From the NCBI GenBank assembly GCA_046563655.1, contig CM102289.1, positions 3,658,001 through 3,722,000 of the forward strand: 64,000 bases of DNA, read 5' to 3'. Below the pieces are notes generated by a model that worked only from the letters and a program-made list of their open reading frames with translations, did not search any database and was not told the DNA's origin. The translations under genes were made by a program, and so were the position numbers. Positions 13,301 to 26,100 of this stretch are shown piece after piece (position 1 is the first letter of the stretch; each line of letters starts with the position of its first letter). Source of the DNA: Yuukianura sp. NJ FZ-2021 (lineage: Eukaryota).

Positions 13301-15333
13301 TACCAGTTGATGTCGCATGTTTCATTCTGTGAATGGACTTATATTTTCTCGCGCCTAAGGTGCGGTGCCAGTTTATTAACTGGACAATAGTGATATGTTT
13401 TTTTTTGTTAGGTTTGGTTGTACCTGTATTTCTTTCGGTGCAGTTCTAATTTTGTTGTAATTTGACTTTCGTTGCAATTTACTTCGGGGTAATTCAACCT
13501 CTGTTGTAATTACTTTTGGGGAAATTCATCCAATGAAATGGCATGGAACATAATGTATGGACTAAAGGCAGTAAGAATGTAGTTTGTTGTTGGAAAGGCC
13601 AGAAGTCAACAGGGGAGGCACAAGGTCGTGTGGCAACTTCGAGGATGGGAAAGCATATCCGTGAAAGAGGTGAAGGGGGGAGCTTTCCCTTTGTGTTCCA
13701 CTTCATTCTTCGTCATAATTGGGAAATGGAAATGGAAATGGATTCAGCGAAGAGGAAAAAAGAGATATAGAAAGTGATTTTACTTTTTCAAGATTTTCAT
13801 TTCATCTAGTTGCTGCATTATTTAAAAGAAGGAAAACTGGATATAAAAAAGTATGGCAGATGAAAATGACTCTCTCCATCTAACTTCTGATTACAAAAAC
13901 GCAGTGTGGGTTATCAACCTAACGAGAAGCGTCGTCGAACGTTTCACAAAATAAAAGCCTTGCCTTGCATTTCAAAATCCACCCTATTTTTTAATATTTG
14001 AAATAAATTTTTATTTTTTAAGCAAAATTTGAAAATCTAATGACTGAAACAGTGTTGTACCAGGAAACAGGACTTAGATAGATGATCTTAAGCAGACAGG
14101 AATTGGTGAATGATGACCGATTACACTCACGTCAGTGAATCCGTTTTCACTTCTGATTCGTTTATCTTCCAATTCTTAGCTTGTGAGTTGTGAACTTGTG
14201 AAGCGAATTTTTCACCTTTTAACCTTTGATCTTCTATCATCGTCTAAAAAGACTAGAAGAGCAAAGTTTGAGAGCACTTCAGAGAAAAACAATTTCTGCA
14301 AAGTTGAAAACCGTTTGTTTTTTTCGGCTTTTCTTATAGCCAGCCATACGAAGTCTCTGTCCAACCTTGTTGGCAGAAAGATCCATTATATGGGATGACG
14401 TTTATCAAATTCGAAAGCTTAACTTTGACAAATAATTCGAAAATGTCGAGGATCCGCTTTAACCGTCATGTATTGTCCGCCTTTCCATCAGTCATGCATT
14501 ATGAACTACATTCAATGAGGCCACTAAGGTTCCGGAAAGTGTATGTTACTCATTTCACATTTCAAGGAACTAGTTCAGTCTAGAAACTAAGAAACATCAT
14601 TAGGTAGTCCACGTTGTAGGAAGAGTGACAGTGGTGACCTTCAAAACTAGGTCAATGAGAATGAGGAAAAGACAAGGTTGAATTATAGCCAGTGGCGTAA
14701 AGTGAAAGTAAGAATGTGGAAAGCGGCACTATTTTTCACTTCTAGCCGCTTTCTCTTTTTTTTTCCTACGCTTCATTTAGTTTATACTTCGACTGCTCTA
14801 CAAACAAAATCCAGTCGTCCGAAAAAGACTTAGGAAAACAGGATTTCATTAGAAGCAAAACAAAAGGCTTGAGCTAAGCCCGCGAAACTTGCCTTTCAAC
14901 CGAAACAAATTGCACTTACTCACTCCACGTTCTGAACTTTCTCTTGTTGGTGGCATCAGTTGAAGTGTTTGCTGCATAAAATGGAAATTCTATGGCCGTA
15001 GAGGTGGGAAGTACGTCACGACTAAAAAAGTGGAACAGCGCTTTTACTTTACTTTTAGTATTTTTGAGGATGGACAACTTCACAAATGCGGCTTAGAACT
15101 TCTTTTGCTTTCAAAATCAGACACGACCTTTCACTTTACTTTCTCTCAGTTACGGGAAGAAGGCAGACTGAAACTGGATGCTTTGAGATGAAATGATCTG
15201 GAACTGTATGCATCTTGGCTTTACAGATTTCTTTGGAATTGGACGAACGCCGTGGTATCGAAGGGCTCATGGTGCCATCTCCAAGTGGGTCACTAACATT
15301 TGTGTCCGAGCTCAAAATGCGATGAAAACTTAG
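7329..15333 (+). CDS. Orphan ~278-aa low-complexity protein with AKAP-type (PKA-R binding) amphipathic helix and His8 run
   Basis: Exons 7329-7365, 11246-11874, 12590-12653, 15227-15333 have GT-AG ends, compatible phases (1,0,1) and total 837 nt, ATG to TAG. Contains LVAIASKFVNEIIQKATQEV and HHHHHHHH. The short first and last exons are less certain than the large one. Confidence 0.6.
9186..9396. mobile_element. Decayed MITE with imperfect ~35-bp inverted ends and possible TA target
   Basis: tagtttgtctatttttagaaggcactttt at left versus aaaagtgccttcaaaaaagaaaccaacta at right. Confidence 0.4.
13164..13548. mobile_element. Decayed foldback-type element with ~15-bp subterminal repeats
   Basis: aattacaacgaaagtcgaatcacaacgaa (left arm) mirrors tttgttgtaatttgactttcgttgcaatt (right arm). 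Right end catggaac resembles the end of the 20791-21513 element. Confidence 0.45.
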
Positions 15334-17106
15334 ACTTTTGACGAAACTCGGGAAGATAACACTCCAATGGTCGCTCGGGAAATCACATCTGAAGATGGTC
15401 ACGGCTATTGCGTATACGACTTATAATCCGATCATTCTGAAACTTAATCTTAACGTTACTGATATCATTGTTCTAGCCAAAGTATATCTATCAAACTAAA
15501 GAATGTAACATCAGTATAGCACAGTACCTCCTCTAGTCCAATGGAAATCTTGGTTGTTAATCTGTGAAATGTGAAAACTAATCTAGACTTATGCAGTTTG
15601 TAGAGTAATTTAATCGTTCGGTATAGTACAATTACTTTCCATTAAGTAATCGTAAGTTGTAAGGTTCTTCTTTCTGTAGTCAATTCATAAACGCGAAATT
15701 GAAATTCCGAATTTATAAATTTGAAGCAGTTTTTGGTGAAAATAAGAAGAAATTCAACTTGAATTCCTATAAACTGGAAACCTCGAAATTCGAAAGGGTT
15801 CCTGTATTCCACATTACAATGTTAACAACGCACATCTTACTTCCAATTCCCAATCTAACCTAACCTAATCTTAACTTAATTACTAAAAGATGTTTACCTA
15901 CAAAGCTAAAGTATGATTAACTTCAACATGATGAAGCCACATATCCCCAAGCTACATCCAGAACATTGTAACCTGCCTGCCTAACCTTAAGTAAACTAAA
16001 GTTACCCTAGCTGTAACCTCTTACCACAAAATTCTATTAGTTCTTATGAGGAAGTGTTCTTGGAAGGGACTAATTCGCGTTAATTACTAAAGTGGAGGCT
16101 TAAGTTGAACAGGTATCAACTGCAATATATTTCCTAACCTAACAATATTATTATCTCCTCCGGTAAAAAGCAAAACCAAACTTCCGTATGGCAGCGTACA
16201 CTCGCACTTCTCTTCCCTATTCGTCGTGTACGTGTTCAAATTTACCATTGACTGTTTAGTATTGAACTCCATGTTTGTGTACCTGCGCACCATATTTCAC
16301 ATCTATTTTTAACAAAAAAAAAAACGAAATTAAAGTCAGTGTGGGGCTGCTTCTGCCGCAGACTTCAAAACTGGCTGAGATTGCGCAAGCATATACCAGA
16401 AACGCTTTTATTTCCAGATAAGACAACATTTCAAAAACTGTCAAAAACAGAACAGCGGCAACAAGTTTTCTTTTAAAAAAAATCAAAGGTTCCCGTTCGC
16501 TTTACGTTAAGCAAACAGAATTTCCTACCACGTTTGAACTGTTAAACTTAAGACTTTCTCCAACCTGCAGAAATTCCCAGTTGCCGTATTGTATTAGAAA
16601 TTAATTTTTAAAAACGGGTTAATAAATTCTGGATGTTTGTTATTCACCTTTTCTTCATATTTACATCAGAAATCATAAGTTTGTACGAACTCCGTCACGT
16701 TAAAAGACGCTGATTCTTACATTAACTTTAATCCAATTCGTCGCTGGAAACGTGTCGAACCAATTTCTCAATTTAAGATGCATCTTTTTATAAGTGTAAC
16801 GACATACAAATATGTTTTAAATATTTTTAACGACTAATATCAATATGGCAAAACAGTTCATCCCATTTCCGATATTATTGCAAACTTCATAAGCGGAAAC
16901 AACATAGTATGACAATTCCACACTTCAAATTTGGAATTTTTCAAACGTTTGCATTTGCCGTTAAGTAACTTACTTATTGATAAAGATTGCCACCAGGTTA
17001 GACTTTGTTAACGAATAGACGTGTAGTTTTGCAAATTACGCGTTTGCGTTCACTGAGAATTTGGGCTTGTAGAGAGGTACGTTTTGTAAGTGTAATTCGT
17101 TCATCC

Positions 17107-20100
17107 TTAAGAGATCACGAAAATATCATCTTCCTCGTCCACTTCGACACCTCCATTCCGGGCTAACATGTAGTTATCCATGTCGATACATGTGCAATTG
17201 TTGATGGCGTACCGGAGTCTCTCCGCCATGATTTCCTAAACACAAAAAAAAAATCAAATGCGAAGTTAGTTTCAAAAACGTTGAAACACTTTGAAAGTTT
17301 AGCAGCCTATAGAATGCTGCGTGTCTTTGAAGACTTATAATCCGTTTTAATTTTTCCACTCCACAAAGCGTTGCAGCGACAGAAACTTTCCCTTTTATAT
17401 TCCAAATTTCAAAATGAGTCTTTCAACACTCTTTCTAAACTTTTCCCTCCTCCATGCCAAGCTGACGGAAAATATTTGTTTGAAGCGAAGCGCTAAGTAA
17501 TTGGGGTCGGAAGAGTTCGAATAGCAGCTAAACTTTTAGCGCAAAACCTACACTCACCGAACCTTAACTTTTTACACAGTGAAAAAACTGGTCTTAAAAT
17601 ATCTGCTGCCATTCCTAATTCATTTCAATCCATGACATATTCCCATCGGTTTGAACTCTCCAATGGATAGAAAAACTACAAAGACGTTATGAAAGTTTAA
17701 TCACTTTCTAGTTACAACTCCCTGTTTCGTTCTAGCGAAAAACTTTTCTCATTATGTTCACCTCCAGGCACGTCCAAGTCTCAAAGGCTTAGGAAATATG
17801 TAGTTTTACCCTCGAACTTAATAAACAAAGGCGGCGCTGCTGGTTGGAACTAAACAGTGTATGCTTGGGCGGAGGATCAAGTTCACACTGTTTAGAATCC
17901 AAACTCAAACACTACCGTAGTTCTTCACTTATCAAATCTATGGCTAATGCTTCTAGACTTCGTCAAGATAGGCCGAGAAGACGCTCTTAGCATTTTTCGT
18001 AAGTGAAAGTGCTGGAGAGAAAGTGGATTAGTGTGATCCTTCTTCTCATATTCCAACCAGCAGCCCAAGCCCAAGTCTTCAGCTTTCAACTTTTCCAAAA
18101 GAAAACGGAAACCCTGTCACCGCCTTTGAATCCATCAACTAAATTAAGTCTTTTGTACCCACCATTTCCTAAATAGAGCTTAGCTTCAACCAATTTCGTA
18201 AAATTATGGAAAATTTAGCTTACCTTAGTTGAGTAAGGTGGCAAACGAAGTTGAAAGAAGCTGAAAAAAAAACAAAGTTTACATTCTTTGAATTACGACT
18301 GAAAGTACTATATTCCATAATATTTCCAATTTTTGTTAACCTTGCTCATTTAAAAAAAAATCTCTTACCATGTTTGAGCCGTGGGAAGACTAAAAAAAAC
18401 AAACAAAACTCAATTAAATACAATTTCAATCAATTCAATTCAGTTTATTTTTTTTTATTAACTAACCCGTTTAGTGGTCGATCGACTCTCATGACTTGGA
18501 ATCGTTGGGAGAAGTCAGCCAAGTTTGCAGGAAGTCGAGAGCGTCCAGAAATAAATCTCAGAAACAGCACGCGCTCAGCGTTCGTAAAGTCCGTCAAAAT
18601 GTCAAACAGCCATCGTGCCAGTTCATGAGACTCGTCCATTTCACGGTATCTGCCAAAAGTTATGAAGTTAAAACAAGTTTGTTGCTTTTATCATTTGAAA
18701 AGAGTGAGTTGTGATCTCACCGAACAATTTGCTTCAGGATAGAAATTGAGATGTTGGGCAGACCACAGACGAGTTGTTCCAAATGAGATCCAGTCATTAG
18801 CGAGAGCAGTGGAACTGGAACAATACCCGCCATACCTTCACGTATTGCAGCGATCTATCAAAAATTAGATTTCATTTCAGCAACCTGTCACAGTAGAATG
18901 TAATGCTGAAGCATGTTCAGAACCAACATAATATTAAGCCCTTACTTGGAGATCCATTTCGTGGAGTCGAAAATGAACAGCTTTCTCCACGTAATCCAAT
19001 CGGTTGTGAAAGTTGAGAGGAATACTTCTTCCGCCAGGAACAATAGGCACCAGTTTTCCCGTGCTGCTCGTCCCTTCATAGCATTCCAACGGAATCACCT
19101 AAAATAATGATAAATTGTTTACTGAAAGTGTCAAGTTACACAATACTGCACAGCAATCAATTTTCCTGATATTGACAAGGTGAGACGACGCCGGAAATTA
19201 AAGAAGACTATGACTTCGCTAAAGTTGACTAACCTTGCAGCAGAGAAATACATGCCCATAAAGTTTCTTTTAGCTCCACTCGCAGTTGCATAAGTTTTAT
19301 CATAAGTTCAGATTCCTTGACATTTAAAAACCACCAAATTGGAACATGTCTTATTCACTCACCTCATGGAAGTTCTCTTCATCAAACTGAGATGTGATGT
19401 GGTCTCGAATGGATTGAAGTCCTTTGATGCACATGACGTCAACTTCCTCCAAATCATCTACAGTCACTTCCTCTCCAACCAAAATTTTCCAGATCAATGG
19501 AGCCAGAGGAATTGCCACAGGTTTTTTCGTCCGAATTGCAACTCCGAAAAGTATACCTGAAAAAATACTCGTCGTAAACCATTCGACCAGAACAAGTTTT
19601 GCAATACTTTGTTATAAAACTGTCGATTAAAATGTTCATGTCAAAATATTTTTAGAAAAACAAAAAACTGAAAAATGGTAAGAATTTTTGTTTTCCTTAA
19701 TTATTTAGCCCTTACCAATAAACTTGAATGATGACAAATCCTCGGTAGACGTCAGATCAGGATTGAGCAAGAATCGATCGCGATTGTAGCCAACATCGTT
19801 TGTACAGTTTGGAGTCGGAATTAGGTACGGAACAGTTCCATTTCCGAGCTCCAAACACAATTCTGTAATAGTATCATCAAAAACCCCTCCAGCGTCGTCA
19901 GCTCCCTCTCCCACGAGTTTGACCTTGAGACAATAATTTCACTTGCTATCATATGCCTTGAGTTGAAAGAAATCGGAAACCCGTTAGATATCCTGTAATA
20001 GATGTACGGCAACTCTTACCTTCCACGCACGCGCCGCTAGTCTCAGTTCCTGTGGAGACAATTGCACAACCTGTTTCGCAATTTGGGTAAAAATGGGCTT

Positions 20101-23100
20101 CCGCTTCTTTCCTTTGTTTGAAATCCGACGAACTGTGATCTGAGGCCCATAAGTTCGAGATTGAACCCCCGTTCGAGAAACACATCGCACAAATGGTAAT
20201 GTGTACACACGAGGAGTAAGCAGCGATCGAATTCTGGAAGACGTCGGAGCGTAATTCGGATCGGTCTTGATGTTTGGAACATAACCCTGTAGACAAAACA
20301 CTTTGTTTTTATACATTCACAATTTGAAGCATTACAAAATCTGTAATCGAATTACCACAGAAGTAGTTAGTGGCAACAAATTCCAAGAGCTGTACAGCAT
20401 GTCCGAGAAATTGAGCAGCACCTTCAGTCTAGCTTTCAGTGCAGGAATTGGAATGTGCTGCAGCAGCTGATACTGTGGTGGGACGCACCTACATGAAATT
20501 ACATTATGAAGTGCACTACTTTTACAGCCGAATGAGCGTCATTAACTTCTTACTGAGGAGTTCCTAGAAGTAAATGAACACCAGAGTGCAAGTTGACACC
20601 ACGCGATGATCGAGGAGTAGTCCATGCAACGGAATGCGTTCTACCGGCGGATACTTGTTGTATTTTCTTTCCCGAGAGAGCACTGATTTTCTCTGGTTCC
20701 TTCACATTACTCAAATGCCCAAGTCCGAGTTGGCCGTCTGTATTCACTACAAATGGAAATATACATATCATGGACTTACGGACTTCAAAACGTAGCAGGT
20801 AATTTGGTCGGAATTATTTGGTCGGAATTGAAATGATCGGAGGTGAAATGGTCGGAAAGTGAAAACGTCGGAAGTAAAAAGATCGCATACAAAAATGATC
20901 GCAACATGAATTGGTCGAAAAGTAAATTGGTCGGAAAGTGAAATAGTTGCAACAAGAAAACGTCGAATCATAAAAACGTCGAAAAGTAAATTTGGTCAGT
21001 GATTTCCATGGAATTTATTTTCCAGACTGCTTTCAGGGTGCTGAACTCGAATCTGCAATCAGATTTAGGCGGACTCCTCAAATAACGAACTGCCTTTAAA
21101 TTTCCCGCGCCGGAGGCGCGATGTTAGGTTTGGTTAAGTTTACAACAGTGAATACAGTCGTAGGTTAGGGTAGGTTACTTAGACACGCTTTTCATGGAGA
21201 TCGGAGGCCCAAAAAAAATTTAAAAAAAAATTTTTTTTTTCAAAATTTAGAAAAAATTCGAAAAAGTGTTTTTTTGCGGTAAATATTTTGCCAAAAAAAT
21301 TATCGGTTTTTTCATACGCTTTTCGACATTTTTATGATTCGACCTTTTTTTGTTGCAACTATTTCACTTTCCGACCAATTCATGTTGCGATCATTTTAGT
21401 ATGAGATCTTTTTACTTCCGACGTTTTCACTTTCCGACCAATTCACTTCCGATCATTTCACCTCCGATCATTTCAATTCCGACCAAATAATTCCGACCAA
21501 ATTACATGGAATCCTTCAAAATGCTCGTTTAAATGCCGATTTCACTTTTAGGAAAACCTACCTCCCCATCCATAAACGTCACCATCAGTTGTAACACAGA
21601 GTGTATGCTCGGCCCCAACAGCTATAAAACAGAAGTTCATGGTTTCGCTGATATTGTCGAACAATTTTTTAGAACTCTAAAAACCGATGTAAAAATTTAC
21701 CAATGTCAACCACTACGTGTCCCATAAGTCCAGCAACAAGCGTTGGTCTGGAACAGCTTCTTCCATGTGGCTGTCCAATTAGCCGATCCAAGCCGCACGT
21801 GAATACTCTCCCATTCTTCGTAAGAAACACGGAAAACTGCGTGCCACAACAAACTTTAGCAATTCCAACATCTTGTAATGTCTCCACAACTTGTGGCGTC
21901 ATGGCTGTATTACACGAACCAGTTCCCTAAACAAACACATATTCTAAACGTTAATATTAAATGTTCACAAGCAGCGTAAGTTGCATACCAATTTTCCATT
22001 CTCTCCATCGCCAAACGCCCAGACTGTCTTCCCATCAGCACTGACGCAAATCGTATGACCGAGGCCACAAGCTAGAAAAAAAAATCACGTTACTTAGGCT
22101 ATTAGATTCGAGTTTGAAATTAGAAATTAGGATTAAATAGTCACCGATATATCCAATCCTGTGAGCCGACAAACTCATGACTTTCTCTGGAGTCTTTTTG
22201 TTAGAGCAATTTCCCAAACCTAAGCGGCCGAATTCACTGCTTCCGAAGACATACACGATGCCATTATCAGAAAGTACTGCCGAGTGTTTGAATCCACAAG
22301 CTACTTGTACTATGGTCTCATTTTTTAAAGTTTCAATTTGCTTCGGGCGACGTTGTCGGTCACTAAAAATCAAGTAATATAAGTTAGAAAAATAGACAAA
22401 AATAGTAATCGAAAGCAAACTGTGTATTTAAGGTCTCACTTTGTGCCGTGCCCAAGCTTTCCGAAGTCTCCATCTCCCCAACTGAATCTAATGGAGTAAA
22501 AACAGTCTCATAACGTAAGAAAATCTAGAATAGAATTCTGATGCCATCACGCTTACACTTCTCCTCCTTCGGCCAATGCTAAACTGTGGCCATCCGAACC
22601 GCATGACGTGGATAGGGCAATAATGACGTAACCTGTAGATGTTCAGTAGTGATTATATCATTATCAAAACACGCAATTTACAAATATCTATGTTATTTAT
22701 GTGTGTTTTTGGAAATGACAAACCTTGCAGGGCAGAAATTACGGTCTGCGTAGTCATATCATCCGAATTTCCGAGTCCCAAGCGGCCATAGCTCCCCTCT
22801 CCAATTGACAAAACAGATCCATTTGCCTGAACCAGAAATGTACAATTTTGTCCACAAATAATCTGCTGAGTGCCTGCAAAACTTGAGCACAGTTTTGGAA
22901 CGTTTGCCTGTCGTCCACAATCCGCCAACTGTCCGTCTAAATTATCATTTCAATATTAAAATACAAAATCATTTCCATTTCAATTCTTAATACAGAAACT
23001 TACGTCGTCCACTTCCGAATCCAAAAACTTCGCTCATGCCACCAAACTGCCAATCCATTGGATGCTGCATTGCCCATGTCACCACTTGAGCGTCCATTTC

Positions 23101-26100
23101 TATTGTCCATTCGAATGGAAGGTCGCTGAATGTCCGGAACGCCGAATCCTCATCTACAAATCACAAAAATCAAAAATAACACCAAAATCAACATTTGAAA
23201 AATAGCTCTAATTAAATCCTATGTATTAAAATCCAATTCAACATTAAAATCATACCGATTCGATACTTTTCAACAAAGTCCATCGGGAGTTTGCTTCTGC
23301 TGCAAAGCGCTTCTGCCGTACGAACAGTCATCCCCATTGTAGTCAACCACTGCCATGGACATTTCGCTTCACCCAGTTGCAGCGACGCCGAAGACATGTT
23401 GGCCAATTCCTTGTCCAAATTCAAACTCAGCGCAAGTGTGGCCAGACTCTGGAGGTAGCGACTGTGTAAAAGTAAGTCTCCGTTGTCTATCTTAGTTTTC
23501 TCATACTCATATTGTTCCTGTTGGAATTATTAGAAGGAAACGTTTTAACATAAATTAGCGGTTTGCAGAACTTCTTGCAAGTCAGACTTACGCTCATCAG
23601 CGATGGCAAATGTGTCAGCAGGGTTTTGAAAATTGGTAAGTTCGGGAGTTCGCTGTGAACTTGCTGTAAGAAGGCAGAACGAGGAAATTCTGGAGCATTG
23701 CCAGCGTATGGACTCAAAGATTCCGGATTCACTCCACGACTTAGAGCGGCTCTTGAAGTAAGGCATTTGATTAGTTGTTCACAGGCCCACCTTCTATGAC
23801 TCCCCGTAAGCCGTTGTGACAATAAACACTGGGCGAGTGCCTCGATGAGGTAGATGAACGAATCTTGTTCCGCCTCCGTTCCTTCAGCATTAGTTGATTC
23901 TAATTACGTTTACATAATTGTTAAAAAACTCCTCGATTACTACAATTTAGCGAGAATACTACTTATTATGAGTAGCCTGGGTTCAGCATACCTTGATTCA
24001 AGTATGGATATGCACATAGAAGGTTTACCAAAGTCATGGTCACCACAAAGTTTGAGTGCTGGGACGCATCTGCACTGCTTCCGAGTTTCACAAAACCCAC
24101 AGAAGCGTAAATTAACTCCTAAAAAAAGAATTACGTAAATACCGTGATTTGACGACTATTGCTACGTATTTCAAGACATCATCTCACCCGCGTACACATT
24201 TCCAGAATCAATTCAGTCGCCTCCGGGTTATGCACACTTAAAATTCTATACAAGAAAAAGATACACAAAAAGATTAGTAAACCCACAACAAAACTAGAAA
24301 AGCATGAATTACCTTTCAACAGCTTTTGAAATATGGTGGAGTTTCGTGCAGGTACGAATGTCGTAAGGCAAATCCAGAAAACGGCAAGGCCCAAACCGAT
24401 TCGACCCCGGGTGATAAACTCTTTGACTTTCATCGTCATTTCCTTCCGATGGTACTTGTATTCGCCCAGCAGCAGTGAGACACATTAATTTCACTAGTTT
24501 ATGAACATCGGATAGCCCAATACGATCCAGCGCCGTGGCTAAATCACAAGTCCAATCACTGTTCACAGAAACATCGTACCGATTAGTTCCTTCAAACCTC
24601 AACGCTATCGGAAATAGGTTGATTGGATTTGGATTACCTTATGCTCAAGAATGTTAAAACCAGCATCACCACATTCCTCGAAATCATCACTTGAGCAACT
24701 TCGGTCGAATTCTTTAGTGCTTGTATTCGGCGAGCAGAATCATCAAGTGCCATTGCTTGTTCTCCGAGGCTTTTTCCCGCATTCCTACCACTCTCGTTCC
24801 CGCCAACTTGGCAAAAACAAAAATATTACATAAAATATTACACAAAACATCGACGATATCGTGCATGCATTATACAATTATAATTCTACCTTTTAGTCCA
24901 ACAACCTTATCCACGACGTTTCCTCCGAGTGGATCGTACTCTTCAAGTGGAACATGACTCGGATACGGATTTCTGTCGCTCAATCCCAAGTAAGGAAGAA
25001 GATTCTTGTATTCCTCCGAAAAACCTAAAGAAGCAAAAAAAGTGTTGTTGTTTCATTCAACCAAACATTGTACACAGCAAGACAAATCAAACCTGATCGC
25101 TGAGGTGAGAGAATGCACGGCGAGTATATGGAGGCTCGCATAATGCTGCTAGCCACAAACTCATCCGATTCGTACAGGTTGATATCAGGGTCAGAGTTTG
25201 GTGCCATAGTCAGTGCCGGCAAGGCCAACGAAGTGTCATGATTGCTCGTAGAAGCACTGGCCAAATTCTCTTGATGTCTGTACATTGAACTATTACCTCC
25301 ATGTTGTTCATAGCATTCTTCGCACAGTCGGTAGAAGTTATCTGGCGGGTAATAAATGTACATCATTCCATAATTGTATGTAAAATGCCACTTCGATATA
25401 CACTGGAATTATAGTAACTCATACCTCTAATTTCTCCACACGTCAAGTCACCCCTGCGAGATCCACACCCTGGGTGTCCCCTTAGAAAATGCTGGCGAAT
25501 ATCCTTTTCAAATCTCGAGCAAAAACAACAAAGTCCACGGTCACCAAGTTGCGTTCGAAGGGAAATTAGCGGTACCTGTAGAATCACACATAAAGTTGAC
25601 ACACAAAATAGCTCATCCAGAAATATGACAATCATTCAAAAATACTCTGTAAAAGGAAGATTCCGATGACTGGTTTTGGCGGAGCAGACGGGCTCCAAGA
25701 GTATGAGATTGACGGTGCCGTTCTCGAGAAGTTCGAATATGGTCAGCATCGCTTTGATCTTCTGCCGCGATGGGATTTGCAAACGTACTACCAGTACTTC
25801 TCATAGTGGGAGTTGGATAGCTTTCAAAAATGTCTTCAAATGAGATACGAGATCTCTCTGCCACACCTAAACCATCCAACACAATCTTATAAATTACCTT
25901 ATTTACGCACCAATTTGCACCAAACACAGTCATCTTACGGTTCAGAACTGTAGGCAAAGGATTGTCAGCAGTTACACTTCCAGAAGAAGAAGTTCCGGCC
26001 AAATGTCGTCGTCTCTCTGGTATAGAATCCTGCACAAAGACCAACAACATTCAACAACGCAAATCATAACAACGTCATTTTTTCCAAATAAATACCTCGC

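Noticed and set aside
17844..17902. Stand-alone pre-miRNA (59-nt hairpin)
   Set aside because: No recognisable miRNA family, and its base competes with a longer 14-bp stem; treated as part of the 17826-18128 element.
17826..18128. RNase P/MRP, SRP, 7SK or telomerase RNA
   Set aside because: Their conserved motifs or a CCUAA-type template were not found by eye; needs a covariance-model search.
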